NCBI GenBank assembly: GCA_002633005.1
Contig: NMRA01000266.1
Span: forward strand, 261,435 to 325,434
Length of the DNA stretch: 64,000 nt
Reading direction: 5' to 3'
Source: Phoronis australis
Lineage: Eukaryota > Animalia > Phoronida
This document shows, in pieces, positions 1 through 13,977 of this stretch. Position numbers and translations under genes: made by a program. The first letter of the stretch is position 1; each line of letters begins with the position of its first letter. The notes under the pieces are model-generated. The model was not told the DNA's origin. It saw nothing but the letters and a program-made list of their open reading frames with translations, and did not search any database.

Positions 1-936
1 GATCAGCTCTTCCCATCTGTACCACGGTTCTGTGGTCCATATACAACCGTTGTGTCTGTTATAGCTACTTTACTACAATGACATTACTTAATAAATAGCC
101 TCATATCATACCACTTCATATTTTTGCCATACTGGTTCGTGTACCTTAGAGAATGAGGGGTGCACCTCGGAACATATCAAGAATATGAAGTGTATACTAT
201 TTGGTTAGTTATTAAATGTTTGAATATGCTGCTCCTGAACAGGTTTTTTGGAAATCACGTTACCTCGGTTAAACTGAAGATAAAATAACTTTTAAAACAG
301 ATGCATATGACGTATTTTACTAAACAAATGGTTCTGATAGGTGACAATACAAAGACCACTCATGGGCGCATTCAGCCTAAAATTGGGGGAGCCCGAATTT
401 TTTTTGAAAATGTGGAAATTTTACTATGATTCAGGGATTACGTTCACAGCTACATGTATGAAGTGTGCATACGCCGAATTTTGGTAGTTTTTGCCTTTTT
501 CGTGGAATTTTCTCTCGTTTTTTTTTTACATTCATCGGAGTTTTTGTTTCTCTGAGGCGGACCTTTTTGCTCACTTCGCCAAATGAAGGTGGGGTCGCTC
601 AAGCCTCATGAGACCCCCCATGGGTGAGACCGCCATGCTACTAATGGAAATGTAACGGTAACCGTACTAATAACACTGAAAACGGGGGACTTGAGTCATA
701 ATTAGCGTACGTATGTGGAAGGATACATATTTAGTAAGTTTGATAGATTTTCCAAGACTTTGAGTTCAAAGATTAGAAGCTGAAATTGAGTCAATACAAG
801 GAATGGCATAGAGGCAAATTAAAAATACAGAGCTAGTATAAGACAATGTAATGTAACTAAGGGACATGACATAAACTTTGCATATTCTAAAGTATCCATA
901 CTATCCGTGTATCGCATACTAGAAAAGGGATATCTG

Positions 937-1324
937 GGCCCGGAGTATAATCATTTTATTCGAAGTCGTACTTGAATTCATTTGCCACATTTTAGTTCTA
1001 TTTGTGCGCGAACTCAAGATACGTGTAGATTATTGCGTTCTAGAGTGCGTTATGGTTTACGTGAATGACTGTCTATTCCTAATTTGCATTTGATGATCCC
1101 AACATCAAAGCTATAAAATTGACTCTGAACTCGAAATTTCGTTTTTTCTCGTAGTTTCAATTTTTACATGAGATTGTAGCTTGAACCTAGGGGTCATCAA
1201 TTGGAAACGTTTACTACATTGTATTGTAGCATAAAACGCACATGCATGTGAGTCCACAAATACAGAAGGGAAAATACAAATAATTTCGAGTTCGATTCCG
1301 AGTACAAAGATAATACCCCCGCCC
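937..1324. mobile_element. Older diverged relative of the 27013-27413 MITE
   Basis: Starts ctgGGCCCGG, ends ...ATTTCGAGTTCGATTCCGAGTACAAAGAT...GCCC, has a similar length and an internal AACTCGAAATTT motif. Confidence 0.55.
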
Positions 1325-3655
1325 AAGAACTTTTAGTAAAACACGTTTCAGACATGTAATTCAACGAACTTACGTGCGTATTCGAAATCGGATTTCGCGG
1401 CTGTTTTGTTGTCAACGTTGATTTCTAAACCGAAACGATTTGGGTTTGAAAATGTTACCTCACCCTCCCAGTTGAATTTTTGCTGAATGAACTCGAGTCA
1501 CCGGTACCAGCATACACATGGGTCCCTTTCGAATTCGTAATGTTAGGATGGCCAACCACAAATCTGTTGCAGAAATTCATGACAGCATTGACCAGTCTGC
1601 GTTTTTAGCAAATGTGTGACAAACATTTTAAGCCAGTAAAAGAACAAATTTCCTGAAAGTACAAAGCCTGTAAATGTTCAGTTTCTGGTCTGTCATTTTT
1701 TGACCGTGTTTTGGTAAAATTTAACAAAAAGATACAATGATGGCAAAAACATTGCCAAGTTATATTTGACAAAGGTTTTCAAGATAAGATCTCAAAAATG
1801 CTTTCACGGTTTTTTTATTTTGTTTTGGTTTTAAAAAATTTAGACATTTTTCATGGATATCAAAAATTTCTATTTAATAGCCCAACATACAAAAGTGAAA
1901 CGTTTGAAAAACAATGGCTAACAGCGATTTAGAAAATGTTGCATAAAGCATAGTAGGTGAAAGTTTCACATGAATACAGCGAGTCATTTTTGAGATATGA
2001 TGTTCCGAATTTGACAAATTCGGACTAAGGGCTTTCTTGAGTCGATGATGGTTTCGTTATTGTTTTTTGTAACCGAAATCAAGTCCCATCACGGTAAGGA
2101 ATATTAAAAGACCGGATTAGTAGAAAAGTAGTTCGATTCACTTTTGCAGGAAACTGTTGTCACAACGGACATTGTAAAATTATACGTAAGTTAAGTGATT
2201 CCAAAAATATCAGAAATTCCTGGCATTCATTGCAGGGCTGTTATTCACTTTTTGAATTAACATTACCTTTCAATTTTCATCTTTCTTACGAACGATGAAT
2301 ATAATTTTCCATAAATTAATCACTTTTGAATTTCTTTTGTGGTAGTTTATTTCTATATCAATTTCTTATTGAACAGTTATCATACAATCCATTACACCTT
2401 ATCTGCGCAAACTTACCCATTGAACAAAGGAGTCTGTCACCTTTTATCGGTCAGTTACAAATAAAAACTTAGCTTAACATGTATGATTTTTAACTAAAGA
2501 ACAAAACTGCCAAGTCATCAAATGACGCGTTTCCCTGGTTTCGCCTTTGTAAGTATGTTTTGTTGCACTTCGACCATTCTCAGCGAGTTGGTACAATCGT
2601 TAACGGAAATGGCGAGGAAATTGACACGTGATGTCGATAGCCAACCACTGGGGGTCACTCTTGGAAAATTGGATTTCACACTTGTATAAATTGCACCGTA
2701 GTGAGCCTGTCCTTGTTTGCGCCGTTCTAGAACGTTCTGTTCTACAGATCGATCGTTAAGTAATTATTTGCTGGGCAGTAATAAAACTCTAAATGTTAAT
2801 TACACTTAATAGTTTGGTAAATATATGTCGATTGATTATGCTGTGAGATACCAGTTATTTGAATGACTGTTTGTGCAATTGCTTGTCACAGTCTATAGTC
2901 GTGTGTAATATGAACACCACCACTAATCAACAGCGAAATTGTTGCACTGACCTGGAACGTTAAAGCAATCAATTTTCTTTCGACAATTAGTCAAGTTGCT
3001 GCAACTACGTCACTTAAAAATATACCAAACCCTGCTTTGGCCGTTTAACATATATGAAAAATGACTTTTCCGTCCACTCCTCTGATATGAAATATGGCTC
3101 TGTAACCCTCAACAGTCATCAAAAGTTTGAAGGAAATTTTGAAAACTTCATTCAAAGTCTGCTGAACGGCCAAGCGCGACTAACGTTTTTAGCGAATTAC
3201 AAGGCAACTGTGGAAAAGTCCAACCTCCAAAGATCATAATGTCCAATCTGTGAAATAAGTGGTATTTGTTTTTAATTGATTCCTGATTTTATCTTTCGAG
3301 ATTAAAACCAGTGATACATTTTATAAATATCATCTTTTTCATTGAGGCGTGGAATATGTTGCAACAATGATGCATTAGAATTTGACCGGACGAGGATTGG
3401 TTGAATTCATAGAAAACGGGTTTAGTGTCCTTTAAAACTCTCCAAAAACAATGTTCTGCAACTTTAACAGCACTCAAACGTTTGGAACACGTTTGAGCAT
3501 TAATTCGGCTGAAATCGACAGGCGTTACTAACGGCCTTGAACGAGTTAACCACCAACTGTGGGGAAAGCCCAAACTCGTAATTTGTTTCGTGACAAGTGA
3601 GGGGGTTGTGTTAAATTTGGTCGTTGTTTTAACTGTGTGTTTATTTGTAGTGAGT

Positions 3656-6600
3656 GCACTTTAGTAGCATTCTAAATCGGTTAAAACTAAACCCATTCTG
3701 GGGCAAGATTGTCGTTTCTAAAGTAATATCCGTGACTTGTGAACCAGAATCAAATATCGACACATCAGTCACTATGAACTGCCAATGTCAATTGTGAAAA
3801 ACTTTCAATAACGATCGTTCCCAAATGTAAACATTATTATGACTTCTTAACTTTGTGCTACTGACAGGATATTGACGTGTGTTTTGTAAGCACGCATGGT
3901 AGAACGCCATGCACGAGGAGATCGGCATGACTGTAATTTGAGACCGTATGGCCAGTAGTCATGCACGAAGGACGCCATGACACTTGAACGGTCGATGCTA
4001 CCGTTCACTTGTGCGCAACCACTGCATGAAATCCGATTTCTTTCTGCAAAAATATTTACCTCGAGGAGGTTAAGATGTGATGAGGCGAATTAAAATCTGC
4101 GTTAAAATGAATTGAATTCTGATTCAGAAAAATATCTGAAAACTGAAGTCCGGGTTTGTTTCATGAAGGGCGACACATGAGTCTTAAAATATTGAAGTCA
4201 GAATTTTGGTATTGAGCACCACACAGCTTTTTCGGAAAGTCAATTACGTGTCAATTAATCAAAAGTGCCAACTCTAATTACTGAAATACCTTACGATACG
4301 TAAAATATTTATAGACACTGAAGTGTTCACAATGACTTTGATGTGCCTTTTACAACAACGGTGAGCTGGGATTAAATCGTCTTTTAAACGTCAGTTATGT
4401 GAAACAGACTCCAGGAATTACATTATTTTGCTATTTCCAAAAAGTGATTTAATTTCACGTCAATAAATATGACGTGAAGGTTTTGAGCATACATAATTTG
4501 GATCAATCGATCCTTAAAGCTGCATTACTTCTCTTTGTTTTGCTGGCTAAAAACAAAAATTGAATTCGGCCTCCCTCTTGAAAATGTCCCTGATAGTGAC
4601 AGGATTCTATTTCAGTTACCAACAAGAATACCAAAACCATCAGCGACTTAAAGGAGAATGCCACCCGATTTAAATAGTCTTTTTGCCATCTTAATCGGTC
4701 TACATGTACATGTATATCCACATCGCCTCGCATACGATCGACCTTACCTTGCCGAGAAGTGTCGCGTTAATCTGTGAGGGAGGTGAGAAACGACGCAGCG
4801 ACGTCAGTGGTTCACTTGCAGAGTGAATGCCGCTATTTTGCGATGCATCGTTCCCGCTTGTCCGAACTATGCAGTTGCAAGAAAAGCGGGTATACCGTTT
4901 TTTTCGACTTCCTCGAGAGTTCGAAATGCTTAGCAACAGGCTCGCGGTATTGAAGAATGAAACGCTGTACATAGCAGGTATGAGGCCGTGAAACATGTCC
5001 GTGTCTGTGGCCTGCAGTCGTCGACAATGCCTGACGAATGCCAGCTTGCCAAATAACTGTCCATACGTTCCGTTGTCTGAGCTTGTTCATCGCGTCTCTC
5101 TAGTTATTCACTGTATTCCGGTTCGAATCCGGTAGCCTGTGATACTAAACGATCCACCTGCGAAGTCTTCGTCCTGATGAGTTCTCGTCTAAGTCGGGAT
5201 TGCGAGTTGCCATGTTGACGTTTATTACTGAGCGTTATGTTTCAAAATGAATTATTCTCATCCTAACCAATATTTATATCAAACTGAAACAAAGTCTGTC
5301 TCGTTAGATGCAACTTGTAATAACTTTGGAGTGCTCGTGAGTGCAAATGATTTGAGAAGCCAGCAATGAATAAATCACTGCGTTACCGGCTTTAGGTGCA
5401 ATAAAACTAATTGATGGGTCACCGAGNNNNNNNNNNNNNNNNNNNNNNNNNNNNNNNNNNGCACTTTAGTAGCATTCTAAGTCGGTTAAAACTAAACCCA
5501 TTCTGGGGCAAGATTGTCGTTTCTAAAGTAATATCCGTGACTTGTGAAACAGAATCAAATATCGACACATCAGTCACTATGAACTGCCAATGTCAATTGT
5601 GAAAAACTTTCAATAACGATCGTTCCCAAATGTAAACATTATTATGACTTCTTAACTTTGTGCTACTGACAGGATATTGACGTGTGTTTTGTAAGCACGC
5701 ATGGTAGAACGCCATGCACGAGGAGATCGGCATGACTGTAATTTGAGACCGTATGGCCAGTAGTCGTGCACGAAGGACGCCATGACACTTGAACGGTCGA
5801 TGCTACCGTTCACTTGTGCGCAACCACTGCAATGGGTGCATGAAATCCGATTTCTTTCTGCAAAAATATTTAGCGCGAGGAGGTTAAGATGTGATGAGGC
5901 GAATTAAAATCTGCGTTAAAATGAATTGAATTCTGATTCAGAAAAATAGCTGAAAACTGAAGTCCGGGTTTGTTTCGTGAAGGGCGACTCATGAGTTTTA
6001 AAATACTGAAGTCAGAATTTTGGTATTGAGCACCACGCAGCTTTTTCGGAAAGTCAATTAAGTGTCAATTAATCAAAAGTGCCAACTCTAATTACTGAAA
6101 TACCTTACGATACATAAAATATTTATAGACACTGAAGTGTTCACAATGACTTTGATGTGCCTTTTACAACAACGGTGAGCTGGGAGCGTGAGATTAAATC
6201 GTTGTCTTTTAAACGTCAGTTATGTGAAACAGACTCCAGGAATTACATTATTTTGCTATTTCCAAAAAGTGATTTAATTTCACGTCAATAAATATGACGT
6301 GGAGGTTTTGAGCATACATAATTTGGATGAATCGATGCTTAAAGCTGCATTACTTCACTTTGTTTTGCTGGCTAAAAACAAAAATTGAATTCGGCCTCCC
6401 TCTTGAAAATGTCCCTGATAGTGACAGGATTCTATTTCAGTTACCAACAAGAATACAAAAACCATCAGCGACTTAAAGGAGAATGCCACCCGATTTAATT
6501 AGTCTTTTTGCCGTCTTAATCGGTCTACATGTATATCCACATCGCCTCGCATACGATCGACCTTTCCTTGCCGAGAAGTGTCGCGTTAATCTGTGAGGGA

Positions 6601-7170
6601 GGTGAGAAACGACGCAGCGACGTCAGTGGTTCACTTGCAGAGTAAATGCCGCTATTTTGCGATGCATCATTCCCGCTTGTCCGAACTATGCAGTTGCAAG
6701 AAAAGCGGGTATACCGTTTTTTTCGACTTCCTCGAGATTTCGAAATGCTTAGGAACAGGCTCGCGGTAGTGAAGAATGAAACGCTGTACATAGCAGGTAT
6801 GAGGCCGTGAAACATGTCCGTGTCTGTGGCCTGCAGTCGACGACAATGCCTGACGAATGCCAGCTTGCCAAATAAGTGAGCCTGTGATACTAAACGATCC
6901 ACCTGCGAAGTCTTCGTCCTGATGAGTTCTCGTCTAAGTCGGGATTGCGAGTTGCCATGTTGACGTTTATTACTGAGCGTTCTGTTTCAAAATGAATTAT
7001 TCTCATCCTAACCAATATTTATATCAAACTGAAACAAAGTCTGTCTCGTTAGATGCAACTTGTAATAACTTTGGAGTGCTCGTGAGTGCAAATGATTTGA
7101 GAAGCCAGTAATGAATAAATCACTGCGTTACCGGCTTTAGGTGCAATAAAACTAATTGATGGGTCACCGA
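3656..7170. repeat. ~1.75-kb tandem duplication (3656-5426 / 5461-7170) across N gap 5427-5460
   Basis: The copies are near-identical with scattered SNPs and indels, and both end exactly at the gap. Likely uncollapsed haplotypes. Confidence 0.9.
4827..5030 (+). pseudogene. Frameshifted THAP-like zinc-finger remnant (second copy ~6646-6850)
   Basis: Across frameshifts: MP..CIVPACPNYAVARKAGIPFF/RLPREFEML.N[R]LAV.KNETLYIAGMRP/KHVRVCGLQ. This resembles THAP C-x4-C...FF.(F/L)P...W...RVC..HF. Confidence 0.5.
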
Positions 7171-8108
7171 GTCCGCGTGAGCGCATGCTAATTCAGTGTT
7201 TGCTGACAGAAACTGTTGTGAAACAACTCGATTTTTTATACCACGACCAGGTGTTAGGGGAATCTTTATTTACATTTACATTATTCAAATAATGATTGTC
7301 AATGTCCACTTTCTGCCCTGACGGTTCTGTGACCAAAGCGCAACCTAAATTCGTTGCCCCCGACGAGTAAGTAGATTTCAATTGCAGTTTGGTGGATAAT
7401 TCACCAACATATTCTCGTGCACATTACTTCTTTGGATCACTAGTATTTAACAGTATTTTTGACTGAAGTTTAATTTCCAACTTTTGCTGGTTTACGTTCG
7501 TGATGTCTTCAGTCCGGCAGCGACGGACTGATCGGTTTCCGAGCCGCCGGCGGGGATACCGAGTCAGTCCGGCCGCGAGGGGCCAGATCGGGCTCCGAGC
7601 CACTGGCCAGGATAACAAGCGTTTTGTGTGTTTAGAACTCAAAAAATCGCAAGTCTAAACAACACAGATCTAGGTTCTCCTGTCTGTATCTCACGGAAAA
7701 ATACTTCGAATTTATCTCCGAACAGACCCCAAACTCCTGCTACGGACCTTATTGGCCTGCCGAACTGTGTAGGCTACGTACGGTGTGTACAAATACCAGT
7801 AAATCCGTAACAGCGAAAAAAACAACACGTTTTTATAAGAACTCGGTGTGTTTTTAAGGGTTTTAAATCGAAGTTTGATGACTTATTGCAGTTAAACGAT
7901 GAATTCAAGTGATAAGCTGACACCAGTAACCCGCGTTGTGAACTGCTGAACAGACTGCGTATGCCAATTACGTCGTTGGATAATGAACACATACTGTACA
8001 TGTACGTCAGGTGTCAGGTAACGCAACCGTACGTGCCGTTATCGAGTAGATCGAACTAGTCGATCTAAATTGATACAAATTAGGTTGTTTTTTGGGTGGC
8101 ATGCTCCT
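6477..8108 (+). mobile_element. Non-autonomous Kolobok-like DNA transposon
   Basis: TTAA on both sides (6473-6476, 8109-8112); 15-bp TIR AGGAGAATGCCACCC versus GGGTGGCATGCTCCT (14/15 match); internal decayed THAP-like coding remnant. The left end is duplicated at 4652. Confidence 0.7.
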
Positions 8109-10521
8109 TTAAGTGGAGACAAAGTGGCTGAGAGTTGGCCAACACTAAAATTGTGATTTCGAAGATGGCGCCTCTACGCATTGCTTATGACATAAGTTGG
8201 TAAATGAAATGGCATCCCATCACAGCATGGAATATTACACATCCATTTCATCTGAGCAACAGCACCGATTGGATTTTGGTTTTGAGTCACCTAAACAGGG
8301 CGAAGTATAGGTCTGCGTCTGCTGCGTTTAGTGGCCCAGTTCAGACAGCGATAATGTCTACGAGAAGTGTTATTAACGCTACGGTAGCTTTAAATGTCAC
8401 GTGCCACCGCAGCTACATGGCAAACACTTATATTCAGTAATAGTGACGCGGTTGCTTAACTTTTCCGGACATCGTTCACTTAAGTCAATAAATCATGAAA
8501 TAGTTTCCAATCATGTCACACTTTGCCACCAGACTTTAAATGCTTGGCGTTCCTTTGAAGTTGCCACTCATACCCGAAGACAAACAAGTTAGCTCTCTTG
8601 AACTGAGGAAATGTTTTAGTTTAACAATAGAGCTTTTTAATTTCTCTGAATGCCATCACGCTGACCTGTGGCCCCTTATCCATGTTATTGAACTGATTAT
8701 ATAACATCCGGTCTTTGAGAAAACAATTTTCGCGTGGTAGGTAACTTTCGTACACTGTAACCTGGAAACTTCATGTCGAGATTATGGAATTGATTATGAT
8801 TTCTAATATGTGTCGACAACAATTTAAATGCGGCAAGTAACTTTGTAATCTATGTATTAAAACACTGACTTGGGGCTCGAATTTTGGCTTCGATTCCGTC
8901 GGACAAAACAACTCCAGTAGTGGATTTATAGAGGGGGCCAAGGGGGCCATGCCCCCCCCCCCCTAAAATTCTCCTAGATTACATTTGGATTTTCAGGAAT
9001 GCGAATCTCTGACGTCTAAAATCTTGGCTAATAATCTGCCCTGCCCCTCCCCAACTCAAAATCCTGGATCCGCCCATGAATTCTAAAGCGGCCGCAAGGA
9101 CACCCACTCCCACTGATTCACAATTTGATTTGATGAACGAGTTCGCTTGACTAACGAATTACCATTAAATGTGCTATGCCAACGGATTGAACTGGTTGAA
9201 CACTACGGCGACATAAGAAGGTCCTATTCGAAGAATTTCGGAAGACAAGGTCATGCACCACAAGACACATTATAGACAATATGATCAACTCCTATGCATC
9301 TGTTTTTTTGGGGGGAAGCATTCGACCAAATTCCTCTAGGCCAAACTACATGTACGTAGTGTGCAAGTGACTTGAAACAACCTTACTCGGTGACAGGACG
9401 TACAAATGTAGCTCACAAAAGGAGTAGGTGCAAAATGTCGTGTACAGCTCCAACTGCAGTGCATTGCAGGACAGTATTGTTCTCTCTGTTGTTTCACCCT
9501 TCTGAACGACGTAAGTGTCGATACTTTCGTTCGTCGTTCGTCCGTTCATATAAGGTGCATTGGGCCATTCTCCTGACTAACCGTGGCAGACCACAGAGCT
9601 CGGAAGTAACATATGACATTTAACCCAAGTGAGTGCTTAGCAATTACATGCATTTAGCCTACAAGAGAAGAATTTTCCGTCCATGGAGTTTGAAAGAGGT
9701 CAGAGTTCGGAGCGAAGGCTAAGACCAAGGTCGCTTTACACCAACATCGCTTGTACCATTAAAAAGGCGAATAGTTTTAGAGCATCTGTGGTTGACGGAA
9801 AACTACCTGCTGAAGCGTTTTGTCGATTAACGCACAACTGTTGTAGACTATCATCTTAGCACGCTGCCACACTATGTACAGCCGTAAAATAAATCTGCAC
9901 CAAGATGTCAAAGGAGAATCCTACACGAGTCTCAAGTTTACGACATGGGCAAAACTTCTTGGAAATTTGGTCAAAATCCCGAGGCTTCAGTGCCGAGGGA
10001 TTATGACCAAATAAATCATGTCATGAATCTGACACGAGTGTAGGATTTGTTTTCTAACATGAACGGTAAAAACGATGTTTTAGCTGAAAAACTCGACGTG
10101 TCTAAAACTTTCAACCACACGACGCAACTTTTGTAAAACAATATCGTGCAATGAAAAGTATTTCGATTACTTTTATAAATAGTTTTATTTCAAGCTTAAC
10201 AATTGTAAATTACATTCAGCTTTAGTAGCAAATATCCAAGTTAGAATCTAATAGATAGTCCTTGAAGAAATATGATGAATAACAGTCATCGAGGCTTCCC
10301 GTCGCGTCAGTACTGATTTGACCTTTAGTCAGCACAGTGAGACAGTCTCACTGCTTCTTGAGTTGGGGTTTGTCTCCATTTGAATGAATGTGGATGTGGA
10401 ATTTGCCGCCGAAAATGTGTTCGCTTGCATGTCCTTCCGACTGAGAATACGTTCAGTTGCGACACCCGATTTCTCAATCTTGTCACGTTCTTGGAATTCC
10501 GGCATTAATTAGCTGTTGGTA

Positions 10522-10955
10522 CCGGGTTTTCCGTAGATAAACCCACCCGATGAAACGCCCATGGGTGTTTACACGAAAATTATGCCAAATACTCGCCCAT
10601 GGACTTTTGTTTGGTGGTACAACTTTTGGTGTCAAGTGTCCAGACAGTGGGACGTTTATTTGGAAATTTTCCTCTTCAAAAGCCCACTCAGCATTAACTT
10701 TTTCTCACAAATTCGGTTTTGTGGAGCATTAATCATTTATAAAAGCAAACAAGGCGAACTATGCATTTATTAACGAAAAAATTAAAAACGCAGTTCTAAG
10801 TGAAAAACTGTCAAGTCAAGCAAAACTATGGCTTTCCGTTTACACGCCCCTTTTCCAAACAAAAGCCCTGGCGTTCATTCGGTGCTGCTAAAACGTCTGA
10901 AAATTTTCATTTTTTCCGAATACATGCCCATGGGCTTATCTACGGACATTCCCGG
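10522..10955. mobile_element. Tc1/mariner-type MITE
   Basis: TA flanks; TIRs CCGGGTTTTCCGTAGATAAACCCA and TGGGCTTATCTACGGACATTCCCGG. Confidence 0.65.
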
Positions 10956-13269
10956 TATTAGTGTCGTTCACACGATAAAATGTAAGGCGTATGGACTTTA
11001 ACTTTGTGATTTGCCCATGTAATATCAAAAATTACGTACTCGGTGTTTTTAACCAGTTGTGTAGTAACACATCCCAGGTCATGTGAGAACACCGTGTACA
11101 ACCCTTCTGAACACATGGGGGGCGCAGCACTGAAAAAAGTAGGCGTTATAGCCCCCCACTCCCCTTGTGCTGCAGCGCCCGCAGACCATGGGCGGCGTAG
11201 CACTGAAAAATGTGATAGGGCTATTGCCCCCCCCCTCCAGCTCCCAATGGTGAGCCGCTTATGAAACTAAATATACCAGTCTTGCCACGTTGTCACGCTC
11301 TGTAAAACTCCCAAATGTACTACGCTCAAGCATCCCGCACAAGTCTTTTAAGCTACCAGCTGTGATGTAGCACCCGTTACAACCCTAATGAATCGCCAGC
11401 TGGGCCACACTGTCGCACGTGTACAACTATTGTACATGTACATGTAAGTGCATATGGCCTAAATGCGGGACCGCGCCTTATTGCAGGACTTAAATTTGAG
11501 TAGAACTTGCGTTGATTATGCGCACCTTGAATCATGGTTTAAAAAAAAACTCCTAGTTTGCGCGTGGATTATGGTGCAAATTGCGCACAGGGTGCTTGCA
11601 CTGTCAGAAGGTCACGCTCAAGTTGAGGATATGCTCGAGGGAAGGCAGCCGTGTAACTTCAATGATAGCGAAGTGATCCGACTTGGACTTGGACTCCACG
11701 ACGATTACATGTACTTCTTCGGACGCAGATAGCGAGCCAGACACGATAGATTCGGATTAGACATGAAAGCCAATGCCAAGGTAGCAGACAGTCAGGTTGA
11801 ACAATCACGACTCAATTGCGGTTACAAAGGTTGTGGCAATTACATGTATTAAGTATATTTTTAGGTGCTGAGATGAACCAAGTGTTATTTTATACGTACG
11901 TCGTTCTTGAAAATAAAAACTTGTGATTAGTTTTAAAACTTCGTATTTTTAGAAGTTAACTGTCCCTGTAGTTACCGAGAGTGCCACTAACGGCACACGC
12001 TTTGTGAAATAAAATGCATTTTGTGTATTTTCAAAATCATTCAAGGGGCTTCTATGACCACATTACCGGCTGCACCTAATACGAGCTTCGGTGCCTGCTC
12101 CTACATGCGGAACATTTGAGTACTAAAAATTCTTGCGAAAAACGCAATAATCTGAATATAGGCGCATGCGCCTAATTGCGGGGCTGTACGGTAACCCTTC
12201 CAAACTGCCAGCTGCACCTTGATGCCGTATCATGTACAACGGTTGCACTGTATATAACACCTGTGCCACGCTGTCACGTATCGTACAGTCATTGTAAGGC
12301 CGATTATTAAATGTGTCTCTAGTGGGCGATGAGGGGAACTTAAGAACGCAGAGCACAGATCAAACTACTTAGATCCTGCACAATCATTACCAACGATTTA
12401 AACTACAGTTACTGTCTTGCTTCTACAGCACTACACCAGTCACGTGAGATCACGGACCCGATTTCGTCCAATCGTGTTGCAGGACTGGTTCCACAAAGCC
12501 GAGCAAAAAGCTTGATTCTACTTCAAAAATGTCACTTGCTTTAATTATTTACAATAAATCATCAGCATTTCGCAAACTGCTTTGTAAATCTTGGTACCTG
12601 ATGCGTTCCTGTGAATACATGTTCACGCTAGACGTAGAACTACGAGCTGCCCGCTGAACTTACTGCCTGCCAGTGATGTACCTTCTGGGCCACTCTATTA
12701 TCTTGGCTCAGTTACTCAAATACTCTAGCGCATTGTTTTGTTTTCGAGACCTAAGGCAAGCTGTCAGGTTTTGAGGAGAAGTAACGGGTCAAATGGTGGC
12801 AGACGATGGACGTTATCACGCGTATAGGTGAAGTATATTATGCTATGACAGATAATTAAATAGTTTTTAAATCCGTAAAAATATCCCGACATTAAAGAGT
12901 TCCCACCATAAGCCTGTGTCTCAAAAAGAATTTTATAAAATACATTTTAAGAGACTTAATAGCCTTTAGTATACTTTTGACTAAGAAACAAGGCAAATAC
13001 TTTTCTATTATCGGTGCGATATAAGGAGTTTTGAGGAAACTTCGCAGAAAGCCGCCTTTTTCAGACATGAAAAGGTGCGTTTGCGGAGGGTGCAGTATCA
13101 GCAAATTGACTGAGAACGTCTCTGTGTTCAAATTTCCTAAATGCATGGAGGCTGCATGGAAATGACGTCGGTTTGTGCGTGTTAGAGAGTGGAATGTGAG
13201 TGTGGATTATGCAATTCATTCGGGAACCACACTTTGTTCGGCATATTTCAAAGAATCCTTACAACTATT

Positions 13270-13327
13270 ACACTGTCACGACGTTTTGGTCGGTCTATTC
13301 TCCGGCTATCGTCGGGTATTTCTGTGT
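13270..13327 (-). ncRNA. Degenerate type I hammerhead ribozyme-like motif
   Basis: Minus strand tac-CCGACGA-tagccgg-agaataga-ccgacc-AAAACGTC-gtg. This is the CUGANGA/stem II/GAAA/palindromic ACGT/GUC layout with two core substitutions. Confidence 0.4.
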
Positions 13328-13377
13328 TGTTAGAAGAACGAGCACGCATATATGGTACACTCATGGGGTGATTTTTT

Positions 13378-13460
13378 TGTCCGAGGCAGGATTTGAACCC
13401 ACGATTTCTGAAACTTAAGATATGTTTGATTTCAGCACTTTATCACTACACCACGGAGTC
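13378..13460 (-). pseudogene. tRNA-derived sequence (Pol III A/B boxes); not a functional tRNA
   Basis: A-box-like TGGTGTAGTGA, B box GGTTCAAATCC within a T-arm-like stem, imperfect acceptor stem and degenerate anticodon arm. Confidence 0.5.
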
Positions 13461-13489
13461 ATCCATTTACTTAGAAGGATTTTTTATAC

Positions 13490-13850
13490 TTAAACCTTCC
13501 TAAGTAGACTGAGCCAGGTATCACTTGGCTGTTTGCTTGGCTGACTGACGACATTACCTTGTACTTTCATGTACATGGATTCCTTGATCTTTCTCTTGGT
13601 GTGTGTCTGAGCTGCGGTATACTGTTCTTATTTTAAATTCTTTACATATGCATCCTATATGTATCTTCTCGGTTATTTCGGGTATATATGGTAAGCACAG
13701 TGTCTGCAGTGGGCGCTATTCTGCAGCTACATACTTGGGAAATCGAATACATTGTCTGATCCTTCAAGTACTTGAGAATGACTTCCATATCTTCTCTCCT
13801 CTCTATGCAGAAGAATTTTGAGTTCTCGCTCAAAATCGTCCTCATCTTCT
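13490..13850 (-). mobile_element. Decayed Penelope-like retroelement, GIY-YIG endonuclease region
   Basis: Disrupted frames give ILKYLKDQTMYSISQVCSC and TKRKIKESMYMKVQGNVVSQPSKQPSDTWLSLLRKV*, resembling Penelope-like element motifs (L...KD...VY.I.C.C; RKIKE..YI...SQPS...W..LL). Confidence 0.55.
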
Positions 13851-13977
13851 GATCTGCTGTGTTCCCGCCATTTTAATTGAATGCCAAGTGACCAAACATC
13901 TTCCACCCATTACATCATTTGGCAGGAAACTTGGAAATAATTATTTTTTCTTCAAAACTAAAAACAATCGCGACTAC

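Noticed and set aside
4700-5090. Minus-strand ORFs (also 6525-6902)
   Set aside because: No recognisable motifs; antisense to the THAP-like remnant and not conserved in extent between the two copies.
13378-13460. Functional tRNA gene
   Set aside because: Acceptor and anticodon stems are broken; retained only as tRNA-derived sequence.
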